Shown here in pieces: positions 30,646 to 40,951 of a DNA stretch of 64,000 nt. The DNA comes from an uncultured cyanobacterium (GTDB lineage: Bacteria; Cyanobacteriota; Cyanobacteriia; Cyanobacteriales; Nostocaceae): contig OY970166.1 of the NCBI GenBank assembly GCA_963706595.1, positions 1,344,001-1,408,000 on the forward strand, read 5' to 3'. A model generated the notes under the pieces. That model was not told the DNA's origin, did no database searches, and saw only the letters and a list, made by a program, of their open reading frames with translations. A program made the translations under genes and the position numbers. The number at the start of each line of letters is the position of its first letter. The stretch's first letter is position 1.

Positions 30646-30783
30646 ATAATTAGAGGTTTGTAGTTAAGGCTTTAGCCTTCTCTTCAGGACTAAAGTCCTG
30701 ACTACTAACAATTCAGCCTGCCGCAAGTGGTAGGCTGTGTTTTTAGATTAGATTTAGATATTCTGTTCTCAAAGAAATTACTA

Positions 30784-32526
30784 ATGAATACAACAACAAC
30801 TCCGCCCAAACGATTAGACCCTGAATTGTGGCAGAAATTTCTCAAAGTTGCCAAACCCTACTGGTTTTCTGAACAAAAATGGAAAGCGAGGGGATTACTA
30901 GGACTTTTGCTACTCTTGGCATTAGCCGTTAATGCGATTAATGTGGGTATTAGCTTTATTTTCCGTAATATTGATACTTCTCTGGCAACTTTTCCCCAAA
31001 CTAAAGATGCGTCAATTTTTTGGCGCTTCATTGCTATTTATGCTGGGTTGTTAGTCATTGGTACTCCCATTGTCGTCATGTATGGTTATCTACAAGACAA
31101 ATTGGGATTGCAATGGCGGGAGTGGTTGACAAATCATTTTCTCGATAAATATTTCCAAAATCGGGCTTATTACCAGATTAATTTTAATCAAAAAATTGAT
31201 AACCCAGACCAACGAATTGCTGAAGATATCAGGTCATTTACTCGCACCAGTTTATCTTTTACACTGCTGATTTTGACTTCAATTATTACTTTAATCTCTT
31301 TCACTGGGGTTTTATTATCGATCTCAGTTTCTTTATCAGTGGCGCTGGTCATTTATGCAATTCTGGGGACATTTGTCACGGCTTGGATTGGTCAACGATT
31401 AATTGGCATTAACTTCAATCAACTTAAACGCGAAGCTGATTTTCGGTATGGACTCATTCATGTGCGAGATAATGCCGAATCTATTGCTTTTTATCAAGGT
31501 GAAACTGAAGAAATACTTCAGCTAAAACAGCGTTTTATCCGCGCCATTGTCAATTTTGATTTATTGATAAATTGGCAACGTAATTTAGGTTTCTTTACGA
31601 CTAGCTATAACTATTTTGTTTCTGCGTTACCTTATTTGGTGATTGCACCTATTTACTTTGCGGGTCAGACTGATTTTGGGACATTCACTCAAGCGGCGAT
31701 CGCCTTCAATCAAATTTTTCGAGCTTTATCTGTGGTAGTGGGTCAATTTGAAAGCTTAACAGCTTTTGCAGCCGGTATTGAACGGATGGGCGACTTAGAC
31801 GAGGTTCTGGATGCCACAGACCAACACCAGCCAGGAAAGAGGACTATTGATGTCACAGAAGCTGCTGAGATTGAATTGCGTAGCGTCACCTTATTGACTC
31901 CCAACTATGAACGCACTTTGGTTCGGGATCTACCATTCAGGTTACAGTCAGGAGAGGGTTTAGTCATTGTCGGCAATAGTGGTAGTGGTAAGAGTTCTTT
32001 GTTAAGAGCGATCGCCGGATTATGGAATGCGGGTACTGGTCAAATTCTTCGCCCTGCTTTGTCAGAAATGATGTTTTTACCCCAACGTCCTTATATGGTC
32101 TTGGGTTCGCTGCGAAGTCAGTTACTCTACCCCAATCCTGACAATGATATCCTCGAAAGCAAAATGCGCCATGTCTTAGAAGAGGTAAACTTGGCAGAGT
32201 TACCAGAACGAGTTGGTGGCTTTGAAATCGAGTTAGACTGGGCAAATGTTCTCTCTTTAGGGGAACAACAGCGCTTGGCTTTTGCGCGACTGCTGCTGAG
32301 TATGCCTAGCTATGTCATCTTAGATGAAGCTACAAGTGCGCTGGATTTAGCTAATGAAAAGAATCTGTATCAACAACTAAAAGCTAAAGGCACTACATTA
32401 ATTAGTGTGGGACACCGCCCTAGTTTGTTACAGTACCATGAGTACGTGTTAGAACTCGATGGTAGCTCTAATTGGCGGTTGTTACCAATGGAGGAATATA
32501 CTGTGAATTTGAATGCTTTTAGCTAA
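30784..32526 (+). CDS. ABC transporter fused permease/ATPase (ABCD/YddA-like)
   Basis: IDNPDQRI, EADFRY..RDNAESIAFY, GNSGSGKSS, LSLGEQQR and LDEATSALD. Confidence 0.95.
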   Translation: MNTTTTPPKRLDPELWQKFLKVAKPYWFSEQKWKARGLLGLLLLLALAVNAINVGISFIFRNIDTSLATFPQTKDASIFWRFIAIYAGLLVIGTPIVVMYGYLQDKLGLQWREWLTNHFLDKYFQNRAYYQINFNQKIDNPDQRIAEDIRSFTRTSLSFTLLILTSIITLISFTGVLLSISVSLSVALVIYAILGTFVTAWIGQRLIGINFNQLKREADFRYGLIHVRDNAESIAFYQGETEEILQLKQRFIRAIVNFDLLINWQRNLGFFTTSYNYFVSALPYLVIAPIYFAGQTDFGTFTQAAIAFNQIFRALSVVVGQFESLTAFAAGIERMGDLDEVLDATDQHQPGKRTIDVTEAAEIELRSVTLLTPNYERTLVRDLPFRLQSGEGLVIVGNSGSGKSSLLRAIAGLWNAGTGQILRPALSEMMFLPQRPYMVLGSLRSQLLYPNPDNDILESKMRHVLEEVNLAELPERVGGFEIELDWANVLSLGEQQRLAFARLLLSMPSYVILDEATSALDLANEKNLYQQLKAKGTTLISVGHRPSLLQYHEYVLELDGSSNWRLLPMEEYTVNLNAFS

Positions 32527-32622
32527 TTTTACCCCATAAGTGCAGAGAAAATAACCCAAAGCCGATTAGTGGTAGGCGTTGATGGCGGGTCTAAATCCCC
32601 CACCATAAGCCTTGATAACTGT

Positions 32623-33162
32623 TCACTGATTTAACCACCACTGCATAAAAACAGCACGACATTGTAAACAATAAAGATGGTTAAGTAAATCATTAACACC
32701 AGTGATATTGATTGGGTAAATTGCACCAATATATTCTGGATCAATTTCCAGATTAGGTTCAATTTCAGCTACACAACCATAAAGTTTCTGATTAGAGAAA
32801 GAACTATTCACCAACCACCCTTGAGTATTCAAGGCTGAAATTTTGGTAATATGATTTTCCCTAATTCCCAGTTCCCGCAACAGAATAGCTGAAACTGCAA
32901 CTTCTGGAGATTCACCATCGCCCACACGACCACCAGGAAAGTCCAGGGTTAATTCCCCGACTCCAGGACGATAACTAGGCGGTGGGAGAATCATATAATT
33001 ATTCTGAATAGGTAATATTACAACTGAATCAGCTTTTTCAACCCGCCAATATTCTAATATTTGACCCTGATTATCTTGTAGATGTTCACCAATTACAGTC
33101 AGCCATTTTGAGCGTAACTCCAAAAAGCGATTCTGAACTTGCCACGGCTCTGATTGTTTCAT
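32623..33162 (-). CDS. NUDIX hydrolase
   Basis: DFPGGRVGDGESPE...LLRELG Nudix box; start taken at MKQSEPW. Confidence 0.85.
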   Translation of the reverse strand: MKQSEPWQVQNRFLELRSKWLTVIGEHLQDNQGQILEYWRVEKADSVVILPIQNNYMILPPPSYRPGVGELTLDFPGGRVGDGESPEVAVSAILLRELGIRENHITKISALNTQGWLVNSSFSNQKLYGCVAEIEPNLEIDPEYIGAIYPINITGVNDLLNHLYCLQCRAVFMQWWLNQ

Positions 33163-33172
33163 AAAGTTGATA

Positions 33173-33252
33173 GCGATGGGTAAAGCCCCTCCTCCGGCGA
33201 TAGCGTTCGCGGAGCGTGTGCTTTGCACTCAGCGCTGCTGCAAGCAGATCGC
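33173..33252. repeat. Nested small dispersed repeats inside a split HIP1 site
   Basis: GCGAT-GGGTAAAGCCC...GGCGAT-AGCGTTCGCGGAGCG...AGCGCTGCTGCAAGCA-GATCGC. Confidence 0.65.
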
Positions 33253-33363
33253 ATCCACATTGCTACTCTCTCCATTTGCTGACAAACTAAACTTTATTGC
33301 TTCTTCAGTATTTTCTCACAATTAGTTAGGATTGTTATATATAGGCAGGTAGAGTATTGACAA

Positions 33364-34899
33364 ATGACTAAAAAGTGGTTTCAAATTGGGCTATTAAGTG
33401 TCTTTATCCTCTCAATAGGCTTACGGTTTTGGGGATTAGAGCGATTTAACACTCTAGTATTTGATGAAGCTTACTTTGCTAAATTTGGTAATAACTATCT
33501 CACCAATACACCATTTTTTAATGCTCATCCGCCTCTGAGTCAATATATCATTGGCATTGGTATGTGGATTGGTAGTCATCTGCCTTTTGGACAAGATACG
33601 GTAAATGAACTCACAGGTTCAGTGCGATCGCCTTGGAGTTATCGTTGGTTAAATGCCCTCACTGGCTCATTTATTCCTATAGTTGTCGCTGCTATTGCCT
33701 ATCAATTAAATCATCGTTATCGTTTTGCTTTACTAGCAGGTTTATTTACAGCTTGTGATGGTTTCTTTTTAGTTGAATCGCGATATGCTTTAAATAATAT
33801 TTATATTGTCATCTTTGGTTTATTAGGGCAATGGTTTTTACTATTAGCATTAAATAACCCAAATAATCAACGTTATTGGTGGTTAGTTCTGGCTGGTATA
33901 AGTTTTGGTGCATCAGCCGCCACTAAATGGAATGGCTTATGGTTTTTGTTAGGTGCTTATTTGATTTGGATAGCAGCTTATCTAATTCGGGGAATCCAGT
34001 CTTTTCCTAATACCCCAATTCGGCTGACATCTCCGGCAAAACTCATTAGACAAAGCCAGACTTTTTTGAGTGAGTGGTATCGTAAATGGATTGATATCAA
34101 TAAAACATCTCCAGAAATTGCCGTTCAGACACCACTACAAAATCTGACACAAATTAATATTGTGCAAATGCTGTTTTATCTGGGAATTATCCCAGCAATA
34201 GTCTACAGCGTCATCTGGATTCCTCATCTCCAGCTAGATAGAAGATATGGATTTATAGCAGTACATCAGAAAATTTTGAGTTTTCACCTCCAAATGGGTG
34301 GAAATAATGCCAATGTGCATCCTTACTGTGCCGCATGGTATAAATGGCCGTTAATGACTCGACCAATGGCTTATTATTATCAAACGGCTGAGAGTATTAA
34401 TCAACCATTGTCTATATTGCAGCCTCCTTTACCTGCGGGGACAGGAAAAGTTATTTATGATGTCCACGCAATGGGAAATCCTTTTTTGTGGTGGTTTGGT
34501 GTCACCGCTATTTTGTTTTTAGGAGTGATGCTAGTGTTAAAAGTGGTGATTCCTTGGTGGCAACAAAAGCATTTTTCTCTGCCTGCAAATCTTGCTGTTG
34601 ATACTTGGATTGCTTTATATTTAGTTTTGAATTATGCTGCTAACTTATTACCTTGGGTAAAAGTAACAAGATGCGTTTTTATTTACCACTATATGTGTGC
34701 TGTGGTATTTGTATTTTTAGCGATCGCTTGGTTTGTAGACCAGTGTCTTAGCAGTTATTACCGAACAATTCGGGCAGTCGGAGTCACCATAACATTCCTA
34801 ATTTTAGCAGCCTTCATTTTTTGGATGCCGCTATATTTAGGTTTACCCCTATCCCCAGAAGGTTTCAAAATCAGAATGTGGTTTAACACTTGGATTTAA
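33364..34899 (+). CDS. Dolichyl-phosphate-mannose protein mannosyltransferase (GT39/PMT)
   Basis: VFDEAYF, HPPL, ESRYAL, KWNG, HPYC..W.KWP, GNPFLWW and FIYHY. Confidence 0.92.
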   Translation: MTKKWFQIGLLSVFILSIGLRFWGLERFNTLVFDEAYFAKFGNNYLTNTPFFNAHPPLSQYIIGIGMWIGSHLPFGQDTVNELTGSVRSPWSYRWLNALTGSFIPIVVAAIAYQLNHRYRFALLAGLFTACDGFFLVESRYALNNIYIVIFGLLGQWFLLLALNNPNNQRYWWLVLAGISFGASAATKWNGLWFLLGAYLIWIAAYLIRGIQSFPNTPIRLTSPAKLIRQSQTFLSEWYRKWIDINKTSPEIAVQTPLQNLTQINIVQMLFYLGIIPAIVYSVIWIPHLQLDRRYGFIAVHQKILSFHLQMGGNNANVHPYCAAWYKWPLMTRPMAYYYQTAESINQPLSILQPPLPAGTGKVIYDVHAMGNPFLWWFGVTAILFLGVMLVLKVVIPWWQQKHFSLPANLAVDTWIALYLVLNYAANLLPWVKVTRCVFIYHYMCAVVFVFLAIAWFVDQCLSSYYRTIRAVGVTITFLILAAFIFWMPLYLGLPLSPEGFKIRMWFNTWI

Positions 34900-35115
34900 A
34901 TTCAGGCATCATCATTAATAGACATATAGCAGTATCCACTTCAATGAAGTACATCATAGCCCCCTCATCGCTTGCGGGGAGGGGGTTGGGGGTGGGGTTA
35001 TTATATTTCAAACAAAGAATGTAGAGACATTGCAGACAACATCTCTACAAAGGCACACTGAAAATGCTTATTTAAATTCGGTCGATGACAAATAAAAATT
35101 TATAACCAGCATCAT

Positions 35116-35604
35116 TTAATCCTCTGGTAAATTGGCAAATGTCTGTGCCACTAAATCCCTAGTCTTATTTTCTAAACATTGCCAATCCACCTCACCAGCC
35201 TGATCAATTAAACTAGGATCAATATTTGCGGCTTCACTCACAGGAGAGTAATTTATAAAACACACTTGATAACAAATTTCCCACAAATCTATACTCACCT
35301 GATGCTGTTGACGTTGCAAACGCAGATGATATCCTGGATGGGGCATGGGCAGGTCAGTAAGAGTTGCGCGAATTTCATCTGCCTGTTCTAAGGTCGCAGT
35401 TTCCATTTCTGCCAACAACTGAGTTACCAAAGCTTTAATTTCATCAGTGATGTTAGCTGGCCAAATCAGGACATCATGGTAAGTTCCCTTCCAAGTAGAA
35501 GTATCAAGATGCTTGCGAATATTATCGACAACACGAATAAAAGCCGGCTGCATGAGGAGTTCAGCCTGCTGCCATGTGACTGGATTAGTTATTTTAGGTG
35601 GCAT
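35116..35604 (-). CDS. Conserved cyanobacterial hypothetical protein
   Basis: WQQAELLMQPAFIRVVDNIRK and DLWEICYQVCF motifs. Confidence 0.8.
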   Translation of the reverse strand: MPPKITNPVTWQQAELLMQPAFIRVVDNIRKHLDTSTWKGTYHDVLIWPANITDEIKALVTQLLAEMETATLEQADEIRATLTDLPMPHPGYHLRLQRQQHQVSIDLWEICYQVCFINYSPVSEAANIDPSLIDQAGEVDWQCLENKTRDLVAQTFANLPED

Positions 35605-35768
35605 TGGTAGTACACTGGGACACTAAATGACAAATAAACAGTCTAAGTTGATTAAAAAGCTAATTTTTTAGTTTAAATCTTTATCCCAAGATAGCGGATT
35701 TCATTCAAGAAAATTTGGAGATACTTATTAGCAGTCAGAAAATTAAGTAATAACTCTGAGGGGAAAAT

Positions 35769-37649
35769 ATGATTGGCAAGCTTCTAGACCATCGTTACCA
35801 AGTGATTCAAGTCCTGGCTCAAGGGGGATTTGGTCAAACCTATATAGCCCAAGATACTAGGCGGCCAGGCAACCCTATCTGCGTTGTTAAGCATCTCAAG
35901 CCTGCAACTTCTGACCCCAGGGTTTTTGAGACAGCCAAGCGTTTATTTAACAGCGAAGCTGAAACCTTAGAAAATTTAGGCAATCATGACCAAATACCCC
36001 GGCTACTGGCTTACTTTGATGAAAACCAAGAATTTTATTTAGTCCAAGAATATATTGCCGGACAAACCTTAGCTGAGGAACTCATACCCGGTCAGCCTTG
36101 GAATGAAAGCCAAGTCTTGCAACTTTTGCAAGGAGTTCTGGAAATCCTAGTTTTTGTTCACGGACAAGGCGTAATTCACCGCGATATTAAGCCAGATAAC
36201 ATTATCCGTCGCGCCTGTGATCAGAAATTAGTGTTAGTAGATTTTGGGGCAGTCAAGCAGTTAAGATTACCAATGGTCAGTGTTGGCGGGCAACCTACAG
36301 CTACAGTTGCCATTGGGACTCCCGGCTATATGCCTACGGAACAAGGACAAGGTAAACCCCGCCCCAACAGTGATATTTATTCTTTGGGTATTATTGCGAT
36401 TCAAGCGCTCACAGGAGTCCCCGCAGCTGAATTACCAGAAGACCCCAATACTGGAGAACTTCTTTGGCAGCATTTAGCATCAGTAAATGATCGGTTGGCA
36501 TCTGTGCTGACCAAAATGGTGCGTTATCACTTTAAAGACCGCTATCAAAGTGCAACAGAAGCCCTGCAAGCTTGTATCAGCACGACTCATCCGGTAGTTA
36601 CACCTGCCACACCTCCAGAATCATTTCAAAATCAGCAATACCAACCTACTAAGTCTTTATCTCAAGTATCCCCACAAAAAACTGTTGCAGTAGCGCCAGC
36701 AAATCCTGTTCCTGTCAAACCAGTTAGTCAAGAATCTTACAAACTCGACCCGTGGCCGTTCTTAATTGGTTTATTTTTGGCTGGTGGGGCTGCGGCTGTG
36801 GCTACAAATGTCTATCCAAATGTGAGGAATTTAGCTGCTAATTTTACGGGTAACAATACTGCAACGGACAATTGCTTGGCTGTAGTGGCTGGTAATTCTA
36901 ATGTTCGTTCTGAACCTAGCTCGATTAATTCTGATAATGTGGTGCAAAAGGTTGGTGAAAATACTGGGTTTGAAGTGACTGGTAAGCGCACAAAACGGGG
37001 TTGGGTAGAAGTTAAAATCAACTCTGGTGGTTTGGCTTGGGCGCACCTAGATGTAATTACTAATAATGAACAGTGGGTTTCTTGCCTAAGAGACAAAGGC
37101 ATTGCTATTAATACAGTCGATGATCGTAATTTGATTGCAACTCGACCGATTCCTCAACCTAAACCACAACCTACGCCAGAAGCGGCAGAGACACCAAATC
37201 AGTCAGAGTCCATTGAAGATAGTGAAAAAATTATCGCAGAAGCTAAACAGAAATATGAATCAGGAGATTTGCGAGGTGCGATCGCACTACTCCGGTCTAT
37301 TCCTGGTCATGCTTCTTCTGGCTTGAGAGAGACAGTTGCCATGATTAATCAATGGCAAAAAGATTGGGCGAAAGCGGAGGAGTTATTTAATGACATCAAT
37401 CAGGCAATAGACAAGGGTGAATGGGACAAAGTTCTAGATTATAAAAATCATGCCGAAAAGTTGCCTGATACTCAATATTGGCGCAACAAAATACAACCGT
37501 TATTTCAACAAGCCGATGAAAATTTGACAAAACAGGCATCACCTGGGGTAGATAATCAGCACCAGTCCCAACCAGAAATTCCCAATCCTGAAAAAGCATC
37601 AGCAACAGAAGAGGCAGGGGAGCAGGGTGCAGGGAGCAAGGGGGAGTGA
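35769..37649 (+). CDS. Membrane Ser/Thr protein kinase with extracytoplasmic SH3-like domain
   Basis: GGFGQTY, VVKHL, HRDIKPDN, DFG, GTPGYMP; TM helix; NVRSEPS...GWVEV...AWAH. Confidence 0.95.
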   Translation: MIGKLLDHRYQVIQVLAQGGFGQTYIAQDTRRPGNPICVVKHLKPATSDPRVFETAKRLFNSEAETLENLGNHDQIPRLLAYFDENQEFYLVQEYIAGQTLAEELIPGQPWNESQVLQLLQGVLEILVFVHGQGVIHRDIKPDNIIRRACDQKLVLVDFGAVKQLRLPMVSVGGQPTATVAIGTPGYMPTEQGQGKPRPNSDIYSLGIIAIQALTGVPAAELPEDPNTGELLWQHLASVNDRLASVLTKMVRYHFKDRYQSATEALQACISTTHPVVTPATPPESFQNQQYQPTKSLSQVSPQKTVAVAPANPVPVKPVSQESYKLDPWPFLIGLFLAGGAAAVATNVYPNVRNLAANFTGNNTATDNCLAVVAGNSNVRSEPSSINSDNVVQKVGENTGFEVTGKRTKRGWVEVKINSGGLAWAHLDVITNNEQWVSCLRDKGIAINTVDDRNLIATRPIPQPKPQPTPEAAETPNQSESIEDSEKIIAEAKQKYESGDLRGAIALLRSIPGHASSGLRETVAMINQWQKDWAKAEELFNDINQAIDKGEWDKVLDYKNHAEKLPDTQYWRNKIQPLFQQADENLTKQASPGVDNQHQSQPEIPNPEKASATEEAGEQGAGSKGE

Positions 37650-37785
37650 AGAGGCAGGGGAGCAGGGTGCAAGGGGGAGTAAGAAATTACTTTAAACTTC
37701 CGCTTACTTCACAACCATTCCTCTTCTCCCCTGCCCCCTGCACCCTGCCCCCGTTCCTCTTCTCCCCTGCCCCTTGTCCTCTTCC
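37608..37785. repeat. G-rich/C-rich inverted repeat arrays between convergent genes
   Basis: GAAGAGGCAGGGGAGCAGGGTGCA twice, then complementary TTCCTCTTCTCCCCTGCCCC units. Confidence 0.75.
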
Positions 37786-37815
37786 TGGACACAAAATTAA
37801 TATTCTATTTTGGCG

Positions 37816-38481
37816 TTAGTGCATTTCGTCATATTCTGGGGCTTCAACTCGTCTGGCTTCCATCCGCGAAGAAGGCAAAAATTCAGCGCGACGTACAGGA
37901 GCTAAGGGGGGTGTGGCACCGTGATAAGGATGCATTACTTGTACTGTCCGTGTAGGACGCTGCCGTGGTGAAAATAAAGCCAATACACCAGCGACTACAA
38001 CACCACCGCCAATGGTGAGAGTTGCACCTCCTACAGCCCAAAGCATGGGCGAAGACCACCAAGAATCTTCAGTTTGAGGCTTGAGTACTTCTGCTACAGT
38101 TCTTTGGCTATTTTGTTGGGCTAATTGCATCTGCTGGTTATTCCAATTTTGGAATTGGAACTGGAGTTGTTGGTTTTGCGCTCTTAACTGCTCGTTATCG
38201 CTTTTTAGCCGTTCTAACTGCATATTTAGCCGTTCCATTTCCACACGCTGCTCTGGATTAGCCTGGGCAGAGGGTTGATTGGGATTAGGATAATATGGAT
38301 TCACCCCGTAAGGCGGATACATTGGGGTTTGCGGCATCATCGGCAGCGCTAGATTAGCCGGCATCTGCGGCGAAGAAACAGCGAAATTACTTTGCAAGGG
38401 ACTATCTGCGCCCCTGAGCATTACAAGCGCAGCCAGCCCAGCTACGGCGACTCCGCCGATAAATGCCATACTCTCACTCAT
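37816..38481 (-). CDS. patN: Heterocyst patterning membrane protein PatN
   Basis: MSESMAFIGGVAVAGLAAL N-terminus, Gln-rich coiled coil and C-terminal TM; downstream of ndhL-DUF3007-trpA. Confidence 0.85.
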   Translation of the reverse strand: MSESMAFIGGVAVAGLAALVMLRGADSPLQSNFAVSSPQMPANLALPMMPQTPMYPPYGVNPYYPNPNQPSAQANPEQRVEMERLNMQLERLKSDNEQLRAQNQQLQFQFQNWNNQQMQLAQQNSQRTVAEVLKPQTEDSWWSSPMLWAVGGATLTIGGGVVVAGVLALFSPRQRPTRTVQVMHPYHGATPPLAPVRRAEFLPSSRMEARRVEAPEYDEMH

Positions 38482-38708
38482 CGCCTTTGCTCCTCTTTCA
38501 CTTGTGACTGACTCACTCTCACACTCATTATTATTCGCCTACTCAACGTCACATAATACTCAACTATAAGCGACCGGACGAGCTAGTTTTTTTACAGCCT
38601 ACTATGTGCTGTTAATATTCAAAACTATATTCGCTAAATTGTCCACCAAATCATGGTAAAAAAACAACGCTGTGATCTTTTTTAATCTACTTTCTCTTTT
38701 TGGGCAAG

Positions 38709-39527
38709 TCAAGTGTTTTTACTGTTGCCAGTAGTCTGAATAGCAGCTTTGAGACTTTGACAAAATTCAGCGATCGCCTTGAGTCCCTGCTCTGGTGTCC
38801 CCTCTGCTAAACGTTTGACAAAGGCACTACCCACAATGGCCGCATCTGCTCCCCATTCTCTGACTTGACGAGCTTGTGCAGGTTCGGAGATGCCAAAGCC
38901 GACTCCGATAGGTTTGTCAGTAAAACTACGAATTTCTTTCAGTAAATCTGAGACTCGTGATTCCATTTGAGTTCGCATCCCGGTGACACCGGTGACACTG
39001 ACCAAATAAATAAATCCTTGGGAAGAACGAGCGATCGCTTCTATCCGGTCAGCCGAACTGGTAGGAGCCACCAACAAAGTTAAATCGATTCCCATCTCAC
39101 CGGCTGGTTTGAGCAAGCCTGCTGCCTCTTCTAAGGGCAAATCTGGAACAACTAAGCCTGATACCCCAGCCGCAGCAATTTGTTCGAGGAACTTGTCAAC
39201 GCCCCGGTACAAAATGGGATTGTAGTAAGTAAACAGGATTATAGGCGATCGCAAACTCGGAGTAGTAGCTTGCAACATTTCCAACACCTGTTCTAACTTT
39301 GTCCCTCGTTGCAAAGCGCGGGTAGCAGCCGCTTGAATCACCGGACCATCTGCAAGCGGATCGGAGTAAGGCACACCCAGTTCAATAATATCGGCTCCAT
39401 GAGTATCCAGAACCTTCAAAGCTGCTGCTGTTGTAGCTAAATCTGGATCTCCAGCAGTAATAAACGGAATCAGAGCGCACTCTCGATTTCGTCCCAAGGT
39501 ATTAAAGCAATCAGAAATCGCGGTCAT
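38709..39527 (-). CDS. trpA: Tryptophan synthase alpha chain
   Basis: [25 protein letters not shown] and GVTG. Confidence 0.99.
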   Translation of the reverse strand: MTAISDCFNTLGRNRECALIPFITAGDPDLATTAAALKVLDTHGADIIELGVPYSDPLADGPVIQAAATRALQRGTKLEQVLEMLQATTPSLRSPIILFTYYNPILYRGVDKFLEQIAAAGVSGLVVPDLPLEEAAGLLKPAGEMGIDLTLLVAPTSSADRIEAIARSSQGFIYLVSVTGVTGMRTQMESRVSDLLKEIRSFTDKPIGVGFGISEPAQARQVREWGADAAIVGSAFVKRLAEGTPEQGLKAIAEFCQSLKAAIQTTGNSKNT

Positions 39528-39596
39528 GAGTCAAAAATTAGGAATCAGTGGTCAATGGTCAGTTATTTGTTGTTTGTTAACTGACCAATGATAACT

Positions 39597-39908
39597 TTAC
39601 ACTTGAGTTTGTGATTCTTGTGCGATTTCGGCTTGAATTTTTGCTAGTTCTTCGGGAGTCAGTTCATCCAGCCGTTTTTGGAGAAAAGCTTTTTCATACT
39701 GTTCGCGTTGTTCATGGTAGGTCATTTTATTTCCCACCGCGCGGAATATGTAAGAAGCTAACCAGCCAAGCAAACCACTAACCAGTAAGACTTGGCTCCA
39801 GATTCCAGCTTGTTGACCATCTAAACCCACTAGCTGTAAACCTACATATCCCAAACCACCAGCAATAAAAACACCCAAGCCAATTCCAATAGCGTCAATG
39901 CGTCGCAT
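39597..39908 (-). CDS. DUF3007 family membrane protein
   Basis: MRRIDAI, two TMs, MTYHEQREQYE; lies between ndhL and trpA. Confidence 0.88.
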   Translation of the reverse strand: MRRIDAIGIGLGVFIAGGLGYVGLQLVGLDGQQAGIWSQVLLVSGLLGWLASYIFRAVGNKMTYHEQREQYEKAFLQKRLDELTPEELAKIQAEIAQESQTQV

Positions 39909-39932
39909 GAGAGTTATGACCTACCAATCTAT

Positions 39933-40145
39933 TTACACTTCAATTTGTCGTGGCCGGGGTCGAAGATTCACAAAAGGTGATAAAACTAACATCCCAGGCA
40001 AAAAGAAAAACACCATAAAATACATCACCGTCCGCTCGATGGAGCTAGCGACATACCAACGCTGTTTCAGGTACAGCATAACAACAGCAGGGATTGCTAA
40101 CAGATAAGCTCCAGCCAGAGCCAGATACAGCAGGGCTACAATCAT
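39933..40145 (-). CDS. ndhL: NAD(P)H-quinone oxidoreductase subunit L
   Basis: [14 protein letters not shown]...[14 protein letters not shown]. Confidence 0.93.
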   Translation of the reverse strand: MIVALLYLALAGAYLLAIPAVVMLYLKQRWYVASSIERTVMYFMVFFFLPGMLVLSPFVNLRPRPRQIEV

Positions 40146-40556
40146 AGATTTTCTCTTTAAAGTGGACAAGAGCATTCAGTGCATCTATTTTCCATCATAG
40201 GCTGAACCACTCTGCAAGGCAGAAGTCAAAAGTCAAAAGTTTACCCTGAGCGCAGCCGAAGGGTCAAAAGTCAAAAAACTTCTTTTATTCATAAAAACGC
40301 AATATTTGATTTTTACCAGATGTGGAAAATTTTTTTGGATATTTCTGATATGTGTGCTACAGTTACAAAGGCACTAAAAAAGAATTGCTTAAGTAAAGCA
40401 AGATTGAAGATCCTAAAACCAGATAAATTCAGAAGAAACAGCAGAAACTTCTAAATCTGGAAAAAACTTTTCAATTTAGTTGTACAAAACACGCAATTAA
40501 TGCTAAATTAGGCAGGAGTTATTTGCTGCCTAAAGCAAAAGTGACTCCCAATAAAC

Positions 40557-40894
40557 GGGGGTGTGGCGGAATGGTAGACGCTACGGACTTAGAAAACTGG
40601 GCCTTGATTGAGAAATCTTTCAAGTGTAAGCTCTCAAATTCAGGGAAACCTAAATCTGTTTACAGATACGGCAATCCTGAGCCAAGCCGAAACAAGTGCT
40701 GAGTGTTGAAACTCATAACTCATCGGAAGGTGCAGAGACTCGACGGGAGCTACCCTAACGTCAAGACGAGGGTAAAGAGAGAGTCCAATTCTCAAAGCCG
40801 AAGGTTGTTAAAACCTGGCAGCAGTGAAAGCTGCGGGAGAATGAAAATCCGTTGACCGTAATAGGTCGTGTGGGTTCAAGTCCCTCCACCCCCA
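40557..40894 (+). tRNA. trnL: tRNA-Leu(UAA), interrupted by a group I intron
   Basis: 5' exon GGGGGTGTGGCGGAATGGTAGACGCTACGGACTT (40557-40590); 3' exon AAAATCCG...GGTTCAAGTCCCTCCACCCCCA (40844-40894); CCA not encoded. Confidence 0.97.
40591..40843 (+). ncRNA. Self-splicing group I intron (IC3) in the anticodon of tRNA-Leu(UAA)
   Basis: Core AAATTCAGGGAAACC, AATCCTGAGCCAAG, GTGCAGAGACTCGACGGG, AGAGAGAGTCC; terminal G. Confidence 0.97.
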
Positions 40895-40916
40895 CTAAAA
40901 AGTTAACATACAAGCT

Positions 40917-40944
40917 AACCTGCCTAGATGAATATAGGCAGGTT
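40917..40944. terminator. Bidirectional terminator-like hairpin
   Basis: AACCTGCCTA / TAGGCAGGTT between the tRNA and a convergent gene. Confidence 0.7.
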
Positions 40945-40951
40945 TAATTGT

